Assembly: GCA_048526005.1 (NCBI GenBank)
Contig: DBFVEH010000021.1
Coordinates: 126,362-190,361 of the forward strand
Source: Eubacteriales bacterium
GTDB taxonomy: Bacteria; Bacillota; Clostridia; Oscillospirales; CAG-272
Reading direction: 5' to 3'
Length of the DNA: 64,000 bases
A program made the position numbers and the translations under genes. Under the pieces are notes generated by a model. It searched no databases. It was not told the origin of the DNA and was given only the letters and a program-made list of their open reading frames with translations. Positions 7,757 through 17,150 of this stretch are shown one piece after another; the first letter of the stretch is position 1, and the number at the start of each line of letters is the position of its first letter.

Positions 7757-9430
7757 ATGGCTGAGTTTTTGAAGCTGAAAAAATCCAATTGTAAAAATTG
7801 CTATAAATGTATCCGTCACTGTCCGGTGAAGTCCATTCGGTTTTCCGGCAATCAGGCGAACATCGTCGGCAACGAGTGCATCCTTTGCGGTCAATGCTTT
7901 GTCGTATGTCCGCAGAACGCGAAGCAGATCGCGGACAGCACGGAGCTTGTGCACACGCTGCTGAGCGGCGGTGAGCCTGTCATTGCGAGCGTCGCGCCTT
8001 CTTTTATCGCCAATTATGAGGATGTGGGGATCGACGAGCTTCGCGAGGCGCTCCGGAAAATCGGATTTGCCGACGCCGAGGAAACGGCGATCGGCGCTAC
8101 GATCGTCAAGCGGGAATATGAGCATATATTGGCGGAAGGCAGACAGGACGTGCTGATTTCCTCCTGCTGTCATTCTGTGAATCTCCTCATACAGAAGTAT
8201 TTTCCGGCGGAGCTGCCGTATCTTGCGGATGTGATGAGCCCGATGCAGGCGCATTCCGCGGATATCAAGCGCAGACATCCGAATGCGAAGACCGTGTTCA
8301 TCGGTCCGTGTGTCGCAAAAAAGGACGAGGCGGATTATTACAAGGGGGTCGATGCGGTTTTGACATTTGAAGAGCTGACGGAATGGTTTGGCCGCGAGCA
8401 TGTGACGCTCAGGCAAAGAAAGGATAAAAATCCGGACAGCCGCGCCCGCTTTTTCCCGACGACGGGCGGCATTCTGAAAACGATGGACTGCACGGCGGCC
8501 GGTTATACCTATCTTGCCATCGACGGCGTGGAGAGTTGTATGGCGGCGCTGCGCGACATCGAAGAGGGAAAGCTGCACAAATGCTTCATCGAGATGTCCG
8601 CATGTGTGGGAAGCTGTGTGGGCGGTCCCGTTATGGAGAAATATCATCGTTCTCCCGTGCGCAGCTATATCGCCGTATCCGAATATGCCGGAAAAAATGA
8701 TTTTGACGTTTTGCAGCCGGAAAGACAGGATACCGAAAAGCATTTTGAATACATAGAGCGCAAGCTGAAAATGCCGACGGAAGCCGAAATTACGGAGATT
8801 CTCCGTCAGATGGGGAAAACAAAGCCGTCGGATGAACTCAATTGCGGTTCCTGCGGATATGATACGTGCCGCGCGAAGGCGGTGGCGATCTATCAGGGGA
8901 AAGCGGAAATTTCGATGTGTCTGCCGTATCTCAAGGACAGGGCGGAGAATTTCTCGGACAACATCATCAATAATACGCCGAACGGCATCGTCGTGCTGAA
9001 CGAAAACCTGGAGGTTCAGCAGATCAACCGCGCGGCGCTGGGACTCATGAACATTTCGCGTGCGTCGGACGTCATGGGCGAGCCGGTCGTCCGCATTTTG
9101 GATCCGAAGGTGTTCATGGAGGTGAAAAATACGGGGCGCGGTGTTTCCGGACAGCATGTCTATCTTGCCGAGTATGACCGCTATGTGGAGCAGACCGTTG
9201 TTTTTGACAAGGAGTACCGCATTCTCATCTGTATCATGCGCGATGTGACCGATGAGGAAATTGAACGCGAGAAAAAAGAGGAAATGAGCCGTCAAACAGT
9301 CGAAATCGCGGATAAGGTGGTCGATAAGCAGATGCGGATCGTTCAGGAGATCGCGTCTTTGCTCGGTGAGACGGCGGCCGAGACGAAGATCGCGCTTACG
9401 AAATTGAAGGAGTCGATAGCGGATGAATAA
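7757..9430 (+). CDS. hydS: HydS-type putative sensory [FeFe]-hydrogenase (group C) with C-terminal PAS domain
   Basis: Two CxxCxxCxxxCP ferredoxin motifs. H-cluster-like motifs SSCCHS, FIGPCVAKKDE, EMSACVGSCVGGP. Extra CGSCGYDTC-x16-C cluster motif, then a PAS-like segment (NGIVVLNENLEVQQINRAA..). Confidence 0.85.
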   Translation: MAEFLKLKKSNCKNCYKCIRHCPVKSIRFSGNQANIVGNECILCGQCFVVCPQNAKQIADSTELVHTLLSGGEPVIASVAPSFIANYEDVGIDELREALRKIGFADAEETAIGATIVKREYEHILAEGRQDVLISSCCHSVNLLIQKYFPAELPYLADVMSPMQAHSADIKRRHPNAKTVFIGPCVAKKDEADYYKGVDAVLTFEELTEWFGREHVTLRQRKDKNPDSRARFFPTTGGILKTMDCTAAGYTYLAIDGVESCMAALRDIEEGKLHKCFIEMSACVGSCVGGPVMEKYHRSPVRSYIAVSEYAGKNDFDVLQPERQDTEKHFEYIERKLKMPTEAEITEILRQMGKTKPSDELNCGSCGYDTCRAKAVAIYQGKAEISMCLPYLKDRAENFSDNIINNTPNGIVVLNENLEVQQINRAALGLMNISRASDVMGEPVVRILDPKVFMEVKNTGRGVSGQHVYLAEYDRYVEQTVVFDKEYRILICIMRDVTDEEIEREKKEEMSRQTVEIADKVVDKQMRIVQEIASLLGETAAETKIALTKLKESIADE

Positions 9431-10595
9431 TCTTTGTGCGGATATCGGTTATCGAAGCGTCAACCATTATGGGGAGGAGCTATGCGGCGATCATGTCGAT
9501 GTCATCGAGCAGAACGACGGTTCGACGGTGATCGTGCTTGCGGATGGGCTTGGGAGCGGCGTCAAGGCGAGCATACTTTCGACATTGACGGCCAAAATCA
9601 TATCCACGATGATCTCCGAAGGACTTTCCATGGAGGACTGCGTATCGACGATCGCTGCCACGCTTCCGGTATGCTCCGTGCGCGGTGTTGCGTATTCGAC
9701 CTTTACGCTGATCCGGATCGTGAACAATGAATACGCTGAGATCCTCCAATATGATAACCCGTTGGTCATTCTTCTCCGGGACGGACACGGCGTTGAAATT
9801 CCGAAAACGGAACTGAATATCGGCGGAAAATCCATTTATCGTTCCCGAATCAAGCTTCAAGAGAATGATATTTTCATCGCCATGAGTGACGGCTGTATCC
9901 ATGCGGGGGTGGGACTTGCGCTCAATTTCGGATGGGACAGAAAGGACATCATCTCCTATATGGAGACGTTTTATGACGTCGGCTTTACGGCGAAGACGCT
10001 TTCCTCGATTCTTCTCGACGAATGCAACCGTTTGTATGACGGAAAGCCGGGAGACGACGCCACGGTGTGTACGGTCAGGATCCGAAAGCGGTCGCCGATG
10101 AATCTTTTGTTCGGCCCTCCGTCGAACCGGGACGACTGCGATAAAATGATGTCGCTCTTCTTTTCCAAGGAGGGCGGACATATCGTGTGCGGAGGGACGA
10201 CCTCTTCGATTGCCGCACGTTATCTCGGAAAAACGGTGCGCACGGAAATGAATTTCGTCGATCCGGAAATCCCCCCGATCGCGCATATCGACGGTGTCGA
10301 TCTTGTGACCGAGGGCGTCATCACGATCAATCGAGTGCTCACATATGCGAAGGATTATATCAAGGACAACGAATCGTATAAAGAGTGGAGCTACAGGCAG
10401 GACGGCGCCTCGATGATCTGCCGGATGCTTTTTGAGGAGGCGACCGATATCAATTTTTATGTCGGCCGTGCGATGAATCCGGCACATCAGAATCCCGATC
10501 TGCCGATCAACTTCAATATTAAGATGCAGCTTGTTTCTGAGCTCTCTGAATGCTTGAAGAAAATGGGAAAAAGAATCAAAGTCAGTTATTTCTGA
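9423..10595 (+). CDS. PP2C/SpoIIE-family serine phosphatase with an uncharacterised ~165-aa C-terminal domain
   Basis: GDHVDV..VLADGLGSGVKA..MSDGCIHAG..DDATV motifs. Start overlaps the hydS stop by 8 nt. Confidence 0.8.
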   Translation: MNNLCADIGYRSVNHYGEELCGDHVDVIEQNDGSTVIVLADGLGSGVKASILSTLTAKIISTMISEGLSMEDCVSTIAATLPVCSVRGVAYSTFTLIRIVNNEYAEILQYDNPLVILLRDGHGVEIPKTELNIGGKSIYRSRIKLQENDIFIAMSDGCIHAGVGLALNFGWDRKDIISYMETFYDVGFTAKTLSSILLDECNRLYDGKPGDDATVCTVRIRKRSPMNLLFGPPSNRDDCDKMMSLFFSKEGGHIVCGGTTSSIAARYLGKTVRTEMNFVDPEIPPIAHIDGVDLVTEGVITINRVLTYAKDYIKDNESYKEWSYRQDGASMICRMLFEEATDINFYVGRAMNPAHQNPDLPINFNIKMQLVSELSECLKKMGKRIKVSYF

Positions 10596-10627
10596 TATAG
10601 ATATTTGAGGGAAGGAAGGTATCGGCT

Positions 10628-12061
10628 GTGAGAAAATTTGATACCAAAGTACAGCATTTGAAATATAAGGTGCTCCGCGAGGTCGCGCGGCTTGCATGGC
10701 GTGACGAGCTTCTTGAACACATCGTCGATATTCCCAAGACGATTGTACCGGGGAATGAGGCGACCATGCGCTGCTGCATCTATAAGGAGCGGGCGATTCT
10801 TTCGGAGCGCGTGAAGCTCGCGATGGGAGGAGACCGCGCCAATCCCAATGTCATTGAGGTCATCGACATCGCATGCGACGAGTGTCCGGTCGGCGGCTAT
10901 AAGGTTACGGAGACCTGCCGCGGATGTCTTGCGCATAGGTGTGAGGATGTTTGCCGCCGAGGCGCCATTACGTTTGACGAGGCGCATGTCGCGCATATCG
11001 ACAAGTCGAAATGCGTGGAATGCGGACAGTGCGCGAAGGTGTGTCCCTATGGCGCGATCATGGATTTCAAGCGTCCCTGCGAGCGTTCCTGCAAGGTCGG
11101 CGCGATCTCCATGCGCGAGGATAAGGCTGCGTCCATCAACAACGACAAGTGCATTTCCTGCGGCGCCTGCGTATATCAATGCCCGTTCGGCGCGATATCG
11201 GATAAATCCTATATTCTTGACGTGATCGATTTGCTGAAAAAGAGCGGCGGCAATGAAAATTTCAAGGTGTTTGCCGTTGTTGCGCCTTCGATATCCAGTC
11301 AGTTTACCTATGCGAAGCTTGGTCAGGTGATCAGCGGCATCAAGGCGCTGGGATTCCATACGGTTGTGGAAGCAGCGCTCGGGGCGGATATGGTGGCCTA
11401 TAACGAAGCTGCTGAGCTTGCCGAAAAAGGCTTTCTCACGAGCTCCTGCTGTCCCGCGTTCGTCTCCTATGTGCAGAAAGCGTTTCCGGATCTTGCGCCG
11501 TACGTGTCGCACAATCTTTCTCCGGTCGGGACGATCTCAAAATATATCAAGGAAACGACGCCGGGCGCTAAAATTGTCTTTATCGGTCCGTGTACGGCGA
11601 AAAAAATGGAATTCCGCAAGCCGGAGGTTGCGCCTTACATAGACAGCGTGATCACGTTTGAGGAACTTCAGGCCCTGTTTGACAGCAAGGATATCGATAT
11701 CACCTCTCTTGGCATGGACGTGCTCGACAACGCCTCCTATTTCGGTAGGATCTTCGCCCGCTGCGGCGGGCTTTCGGATGCCGTAGCGGAAGCCTTGAAG
11801 GAGCAGGGCGTTGACGACTTTGACTTGAAGGCGGTTTCCTGTGACGGAATTGAAGCGTGCAGAATGGCGCTTTTGAAGGCGAGCAGGCGCGTCTTGGACG
11901 GCAATTTCATTGAAGGAATGGCCTGCGTGGGCGGTTGTATCGGCGGCGCGGGCTGCCTGACGCATGGAGAGAAGAACAAGGCTGAGGTCGATAAATACGG
12001 CAGGGAAGCTCTTGAAAAGACCATTCAGGACGCCATCGGCGTTTTGAATATCGAAGGATAG
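10628..12061 (+). CDS. [FeFe]-hydrogenase, catalytic type (monomeric, multi-[4Fe-4S] N-terminus; group B-like)
   Basis: GTG start after GGAAGGAAGG. H-cluster motifs TSSCCPAF, IGPCTAKKME, EGMACVGGCIGGAG. Several CxxCxxCxxxCP motifs. TAG stop. Confidence 0.85.
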   Translation: MRKFDTKVQHLKYKVLREVARLAWRDELLEHIVDIPKTIVPGNEATMRCCIYKERAILSERVKLAMGGDRANPNVIEVIDIACDECPVGGYKVTETCRGCLAHRCEDVCRRGAITFDEAHVAHIDKSKCVECGQCAKVCPYGAIMDFKRPCERSCKVGAISMREDKAASINNDKCISCGACVYQCPFGAISDKSYILDVIDLLKKSGGNENFKVFAVVAPSISSQFTYAKLGQVISGIKALGFHTVVEAALGADMVAYNEAAELAEKGFLTSSCCPAFVSYVQKAFPDLAPYVSHNLSPVGTISKYIKETTPGAKIVFIGPCTAKKMEFRKPEVAPYIDSVITFEELQALFDSKDIDITSLGMDVLDNASYFGRIFARCGGLSDAVAEALKEQGVDDFDLKAVSCDGIEACRMALLKASRRVLDGNFIEGMACVGGCIGGAGCLTHGEKNKAEVDKYGREALEKTIQDAIGVLNIEG

Positions 12062-12065
12062 AAAC

Positions 12066-12099
12066 AAAAAACGATCGGAGCATTCCGATCGTTTTTTTT
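12066..12099. terminator. Bidirectional intrinsic terminator
   Basis: acgatcgga-gcat-tccgatcgt, flanked by A5 and T7. Confidence 0.6.
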
Positions 12100-12113
12100 G
12101 AACGGTAAAAGGG

Positions 12114-12145
12114 AAAGGGCACATTCGAAAGAATGTGCCCTTTTA
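12114..12145. terminator. Second tandem terminator hairpin
   Basis: gggcacattc-gaaa-gaatgtgccc followed by TTTT. Confidence 0.5.
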
Positions 12146-12174
12146 TTTAGAATTGCAGAATAAATTCTTTGTTG

Positions 12175-14175
12175 TTATGATTTTTTCTTTTTCTTGTTCA
12201 ATACGATGATTACGACAACGACAACGGCTACGACAACAACGACCGCAGCAATGATACCGATGATAAGACCTGTGGAAGAACCGCCGTTATTATCAGATTT
12301 GGTTGTGGATGGCGCGGAGCTATCTGTGTCGATGATGCTGCCGTTTACGGTGACGGTCAAAGTGGTGCTCAAATCGATTCCGTCGATATCGGAAACGATT
12401 CTGACGGTTTTTTCACCGGGCTCGCTCGAATCAAATCTGACCTTGTAGTCTTCCGAACTCATGGTAACAGATTTTTCGTCGGCATAAATGAGAGAAACCA
12501 TCATATCGGTTGCATCAAATTGTTCTCCGACCTCATAGGTTGTTTTTTGCGGATTACGTGTAACTCTCATTTCGACAGGTGCTTCTACTTTTACCGTAAC
12601 TTCCTTTGTGATGTTGATGCCAAGCGTTTCCTCTACTCCGGTGATAGTAGCAATCACGTCTCCGGGCGTTTTTGTGCTGCAAGCGACAGAGATGGTGAGG
12701 CTCGTTTGAGTTTCGCTGTCACTGCTCAGTTTTTTGGAACCGTCGCTGTATACATAGTAAATCTCAAAATCGTCCTCCGTCAATACATCGTTATAACGGA
12801 ATTCTTTTTCAGGTGTCGCGATTTCCAAATCGACAACATTGATGATTTCGATCTCAAGCGGGACCGTATATCCGTAGTAATTTGCGGTTATGGTTTTTTT
12901 GCCCGCTGTTTCAAGATCCCCGAGATAGTTGAATAGAGACGGAGAAATGTCGGAATTTGAGGTTCCGTCGGTATAATTCACTTTGAATTTGAATCCTGCC
13001 GGCGTAAAGCCGTTTTTGAGGACGGAAAGCTCGTAAAGCTTTGATTCCGGCTCTTCGATGAGCTCTATATTCTGGATTCCCGTTACTTTAATGTTGTAGG
13101 AAACGGATTGTGTCCCGAATTTCAGGGTTACAGGGGTGCTGTCGGAAGCAGTTCCGAGATTGGCGCTTGTGCTTGCGTTGTCAAGGATTTCCGATGTGCC
13201 GTCGGCATAGGTAGCTCTCAGCTGAAGACCGGTGAGGTCGATGGATTCGCCGACGTAATATTCCGTTTTGGTAGGGACTGAAAGGAGCTCGAGACTGGTG
13301 ATGCTTTCTTCTTTTAATTCAAGCTCGCTTTTATAATTGGTGACATATTCTTTGCTGCCGATTACGACATAGTCGATATCGATCGCAGCGCCGACATAAG
13401 AGCCTGTGCCGTCGGTTACGTCATAGCCGAACGGGAAGAGAACAAGCTCGGACAGAAATCCTCCCCAGCGAGACTGAGGCACGCCGTCATCGTTTTTGGT
13501 CAGAAGATCGTTATAGTTGGTCGCACTGTTGATGTCTCTCATGCTGAAAATATAGGTTTCCCATTCGCTGGAGCCGGAGATATATTTTTTACCGTTGGCA
13601 TCCTCATAAAGATCCGATGTCGTAGCGAATACTATCTTATAGTTATTGGTTGCATTGGTTGCGAAAGCGAACGTGAATCTCGGGGAGGAGCTATAGTTTC
13701 TGACGCGGATCTTTACATATTCCGCCTGATTGTTGGTCTCCGCACCGATCTGCATGTTTTTCTCATGATATTCATCGATGATAAAAGAGAGCCCCGGGGT
13801 GGTGTTGGCGCCTGTTACTTCAAAATGGAGCACCTCGCCGTTTTCGATGATAGACCATGTGGTGTTGTTTAAGTAAGAAGAGTATATTTTAAAACATGGT
13901 GCAATGACATTGCCGTCCTCATCAATGGGCTGGTTGTAGTTGGAGCCGTCGATTACGAGAGTCTCGCCGTATTCGTCAAGACGCTCGTTCTGCTCCCATT
14001 CGCCAGTTTCCTCGTTGTATCTTGCCCACAGCGCCGTGGTATCCGCAGAAAAGTCAAGAAAGTCGAGGCAGTAAATACCGCTTTCAGTCTTTGTGATAGC
14101 AGCCGCGGAGGTGAGCATCGATACGGAACCCAACACGAACAGTACCGATAAGAAAACCGATAAAATTTTTTTCAT
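12175..14175 (-). CDS. Cell-surface protein: signal peptide, unknown ~280-aa N-domain, 4-5 bacterial Ig-like (Big_3-type) repeats, C-terminal TM anchor
   Basis: MKKILSVFLSVLFVLGSVSMLTSAAA signal. Repeats such as YYVGESIDLTGLQLRATYADGTSE and YEVGEQFDATDMMVSLIYADEKS. C-terminus IIGIIAAVVVVVAVVVVVIIVLNKKKKKS. Visibly more AT-rich than its neighbours. Confidence 0.75.
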   Translation of the reverse strand: MKKILSVFLSVLFVLGSVSMLTSAAAITKTESGIYCLDFLDFSADTTALWARYNEETGEWEQNERLDEYGETLVIDGSNYNQPIDEDGNVIAPCFKIYSSYLNNTTWSIIENGEVLHFEVTGANTTPGLSFIIDEYHEKNMQIGAETNNQAEYVKIRVRNYSSSPRFTFAFATNATNNYKIVFATTSDLYEDANGKKYISGSSEWETYIFSMRDINSATNYNDLLTKNDDGVPQSRWGGFLSELVLFPFGYDVTDGTGSYVGAAIDIDYVVIGSKEYVTNYKSELELKEESITSLELLSVPTKTEYYVGESIDLTGLQLRATYADGTSEILDNASTSANLGTASDSTPVTLKFGTQSVSYNIKVTGIQNIELIEEPESKLYELSVLKNGFTPAGFKFKVNYTDGTSNSDISPSLFNYLGDLETAGKKTITANYYGYTVPLEIEIINVVDLEIATPEKEFRYNDVLTEDDFEIYYVYSDGSKKLSSDSETQTSLTISVACSTKTPGDVIATITGVEETLGINITKEVTVKVEAPVEMRVTRNPQKTTYEVGEQFDATDMMVSLIYADEKSVTMSSEDYKVRFDSSEPGEKTVRIVSDIDGIDLSTTLTVTVNGSIIDTDSSAPSTTKSDNNGGSSTGLIIGIIAAVVVVVAVVVVVIIVLNKKKKKS

Positions 14176-14212
14176 AATAAAAATTCCTTTCTGGAAAATT
14201 TTTTACACAATT

Positions 14213-14241
14213 ATTATAGCATTCTGTCGAGAAAAAGTCAA
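14213..14241 (-). promoter_or_regulatory. Sigma-A-type promoter of the surface-protein gene
   Basis: Minus strand: TTGACT (14241-14236), 17 nt spacer, TATAAT (14218-14213). Confidence 0.4.
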
Positions 14242-14280
14242 TATGCAATCTTGGTTCTTGTAAATTTTGATTGTCAGGCT

Positions 14281-14718
14281 TCAAAAGGATTCCAGCATAT
14301 CGACTCTCCTTTGGTGCCGTCCGCCGAGGAACTCGGCGTTAAGGAAAGCGTCCGTGACCTGTACCGCTTTTTCAAAGGGAAGGATACGCGCGCCGAGACA
14401 CAAAACATTGGCATCGTTGTGCTGACGGGTGAGCGCGGCGGATTCCGTATCGGAGCAGAGCGCCGCGCGGATCCCTCTGTGCTTGTTCGCGGCGATGCTC
14501 ATGCCGATACCGGTCCCGCAGATCAGAATGCCGAGTTCACATTCGCCGCTCGTTATTTTTCCGCATACGCGGTCGGCATATACCGGATAATCCACGGATT
14601 CTTCCGTATCGGTTCCGAGATTGATGCAGTCGTATCCCTGCTTTTCGAGATGCTCGATGAGCCTTTTTTTGTAATCCACGCCGGCATGATCCGACGCGAT
14701 TGCGAGTTTTGTCGCCAT
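14281..14718 (-). CDS. rpiB: Ribose-5-phosphate isomerase B
   Basis: KLAIASDHAGVDYK..CGTGIGMSIAANK..GGRHQRRV; 145 aa. Confidence 0.9.
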   Translation of the reverse strand: MATKLAIASDHAGVDYKKRLIEHLEKQGYDCINLGTDTEESVDYPVYADRVCGKITSGECELGILICGTGIGMSIAANKHRGIRAALCSDTESAALTRQHNDANVLCLGARILPFEKAVQVTDAFLNAEFLGGRHQRRVDMLESF

Positions 14719-14766
14719 ATTTTGTTCCTCTCTTTTCTCCGGTCTTTTCCGGAAATGACATAATTT

Positions 14767-15471
14767 TTATATGGTATGCCCGGCGAGCTCGCGTTCTGCC
14801 TGCGACGGACGCAGATATTCCGGTCTCAAAAGGACATCCGTAAAGATCGATTTGTCCTCGGCAAGACGATAGCTTTCAAGCGCCGCTATCGCGACGCCGT
14901 ATCCGCTTTGCCATCTTGCGTGCTTGGGCGTTTCCCTCATGAAGGACGGAGACATTGCCTCTATGATTCCGTAACCGTCGCCGGTGAAATAAACCGGCTT
15001 GTCATAAGCATCGAGCCTTTCCGAGAGCTCCTCCGCCGAGATCAGACTGTCCGGCATCAATCGAATCAGCTTTCCGTCATACGGCTTAAAGACCGCCGTA
15101 TACAGCTGTCCGCGCCTTGCGTCCATGACGGGACAAACGAGCGCGTCGATGCAGAAAGACGCGATGCTCCACGCCATGGCCTCCAGCGTAGAGACGCCGA
15201 CGCAGATCTTGTTTTTGCCGAATGCAAGCCCCTTGATAGTAGAGATGCCGATGCGCACGCCGGTGAACGAGCCGGGACCTGCGGAAACCGCCATCATGTC
15301 GATGTCGTCGATTGTCATTCCCGTATTCCTCATGAGGTCCCGTATCATGGGAAGTATGGTTTGGCTGTGGGTGAGTCCGGATTTTTGAGAATAGACGGCG
15401 ATGGGCTCGTCGTCCTCGCAGAGGGATGCCGAGGCGACGGTCGCCGAGGTGTCGATTGCCAGTATTTTCAT
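14767..15471 (-). CDS. tsaB: tRNA t6A37 biosynthesis protein TsaB
   Basis: MKILAIDTSA..GPGSFTGVRIG. Overlaps the tsaE stop by 4 nt. Confidence 0.85.
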   Translation of the reverse strand: MKILAIDTSATVASASLCEDDEPIAVYSQKSGLTHSQTILPMIRDLMRNTGMTIDDIDMMAVSAGPGSFTGVRIGISTIKGLAFGKNKICVGVSTLEAMAWSIASFCIDALVCPVMDARRGQLYTAVFKPYDGKLIRLMPDSLISAEELSERLDAYDKPVYFTGDGYGIIEAMSPSFMRETPKHARWQSGYGVAIAALESYRLAEDKSIFTDVLLRPEYLRPSQAERELAGHTI

Positions 15472-15923
15472 TTCTGCTCAGCGCCTCCTTTTCCGGGCGT
15501 GCGGTCGATGGTAATGCGCCGGACCTCCGTGTCGGTGCCTGTCTTTTCGATCGTGACGGCGATATATCCTGCCGGCAGCCACGGGAGGATTTTTTCACTC
15601 CATTCGGCAAAGCAGATGCCGTCGCCGCCGGTATAATCGTAATATCCCGTCGCATAAAGCGATTCCTCATCGTCGATGCGGTACATGTCGAAATGGTAGA
15701 CGGGAATTTTTCCGGGATACTCGTTTACGATCGTATAAGTCGGACTTTGGACTCGCGCGCTCGGTGCGAGATGGTGTGCCGCACCGCGGATGAACGCTGT
15801 TTTTCCGACGCCGAGATCGCCGAACATGGCGACAAAGTCGCCGGCATTCAGGGCTTTTGAAAATTCAAATCCGAGCATTTCCGTCTCCTCGGTGCTTTTT
15901 GTCAAATAAATTTCCGGTGTCAT
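15468..15923 (-). CDS. tsaE: tRNA t6A37 biosynthesis ATPase TsaE
   Basis: ORF 15468..16100 trimmed to MTPEIYLTKSTEETEMLG. Walker A GDLGVGKTAF; SPTYTIVNEY; HFDMYR. Confidence 0.85.
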   Translation of the reverse strand: MTPEIYLTKSTEETEMLGFEFSKALNAGDFVAMFGDLGVGKTAFIRGAAHHLAPSARVQSPTYTIVNEYPGKIPVYHFDMYRIDDEESLYATGYYDYTGGDGICFAEWSEKILPWLPAGYIAVTIEKTGTDTEVRRITIDRTPGKGGAEQK

Positions 15924-15945
15924 CTTGAATCCCGTATCTTGAAAA

Positions 15946-17133
15946 TCATTTTGTTTTTGCCAGTTTTTGCAGTCCTCTGTCCAGCGAAACGCAGAACGCC
16001 GCGATGTCCTCTTCCGTATTCTGTGTGCCGAGCGAGATGCGGATGGTCGAGTCCGCATCGGCAGCGGAAAGTCCGAAGGAGCGCAGAACATAGCTCGCAT
16101 GGCCGGTATTCGAGGAGCAGGCGGAGCCGCTCGAAACGTATACGCCGTCTGCCGAGAGACTGTGCAGCAGCGTTTCGCTGCGGATGCCGGGAACGGTGAG
16201 ACTGATGATGTGCTTTGCGATCACGGCTGTTTGCGGACGGTTGATCCGAATTCCATAGCCGGCAAATGCGGCGATCTCGTTTTCCAATCTTTCGCGCAGC
16301 CGTGCGATTTCGTCGAGAAAAGAAGGAAGCGTTTTGGCGCCGTGCTCCGCCGCCGCGCCGAAGCCGGCGATCCCTGCGACGTTCTCCGTCCCGGAGCGAA
16401 AGCCGCGTTCCTGTCCGCCGCCGAAAATAACAGGGGAAAGCGCGCGGGTTTTGATGATTTTATCGTTGATATAGAGGGCGCCGACGCCCTTGGGACCGCC
16501 GATCTTATGTGCGCTGAGCGTCACCATGTCGGCGGCGACGGCAGGGCAGAGCTCCGTTTTCAGAAAGCCTTGGACCGCGTCGCAGTGGACCAGCACGTTC
16601 GGATTTGCCGCTCTTGCCGCCGCCGCGACGGCGGCAATGTCGTTTACCGCGCCGGTTTCGTTGTTGACCAGCATGGCGGAAACAAGAATGGTATCCGGCG
16701 ACAGCGCTTTCCTGTATGCGTCCATGTCCCATACGCCCTGCGGGGACGGGATTTTGACGATTTGAAAGCCCAGTGCTTCCAGATGGTGCGCCGTTTCGAC
16801 GACCGACGGATGCTCGGTCTCCCCGATGATGATCTTTTTGCCGCGGTTGCGGCTTTTCGCCGTAGCGGCGCCGATCAGGGCGAGATTGTTCGCTTCCGTC
16901 CCGCTTGCGGTGAAAAGGAGATTTTCCGGCTTCGTGCGCAGCCCCGATTTTGTGGGGCAAAGCGCGGTCAGGATCTTGCTCCGCGCTTCCGTCACGATTT
17001 TTTCCGCTTCCAGCCCGAGTGTATGGAGAGAGGACGGATTTCCGTAGACATGGCGCATCACAGATTCCATTTTTTCATAGGCGGCGGCGCAAAGCGGCGT
17101 CGTCGCGCTGTTGTCGAGATAATGTTCCGTCAT
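15946..17133 (-). CDS. Cysteine desulfurase (NifS family), second copy in the window
   Basis: MTEHYLDNSATTP..SAHKIGGPKGVGALY..SSGSACSS active-site Cys loop. Confidence 0.85.
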   Translation of the reverse strand: MTEHYLDNSATTPLCAAAYEKMESVMRHVYGNPSSLHTLGLEAEKIVTEARSKILTALCPTKSGLRTKPENLLFTASGTEANNLALIGAATAKSRNRGKKIIIGETEHPSVVETAHHLEALGFQIVKIPSPQGVWDMDAYRKALSPDTILVSAMLVNNETGAVNDIAAVAAAARAANPNVLVHCDAVQGFLKTELCPAVAADMVTLSAHKIGGPKGVGALYINDKIIKTRALSPVIFGGGQERGFRSGTENVAGIAGFGAAAEHGAKTLPSFLDEIARLRERLENEIAAFAGYGIRINRPQTAVIAKHIISLTVPGIRSETLLHSLSADGVYVSSGSACSSNTGHASYVLRSFGLSAADADSTIRISLGTQNTEEDIAAFCVSLDRGLQKLAKTK

Positions 17134-17150
17134 GGCTTTATCTTCGTTTT

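Noticed and set aside
7595-11512. Long minus-strand ORFs (566, 405 and 308 aa) across the hydrogenase operon. Similar shadow ORFs occur at 15967-17226, 20902-22065, 27982-29244, 33795-35054, 48680-49576 and 51891-53078.
   Set aside because: Same reasoning: each is antisense to a gene with unambiguous family motifs, is Arg-rich, lacks an RBS and has no family resemblance.
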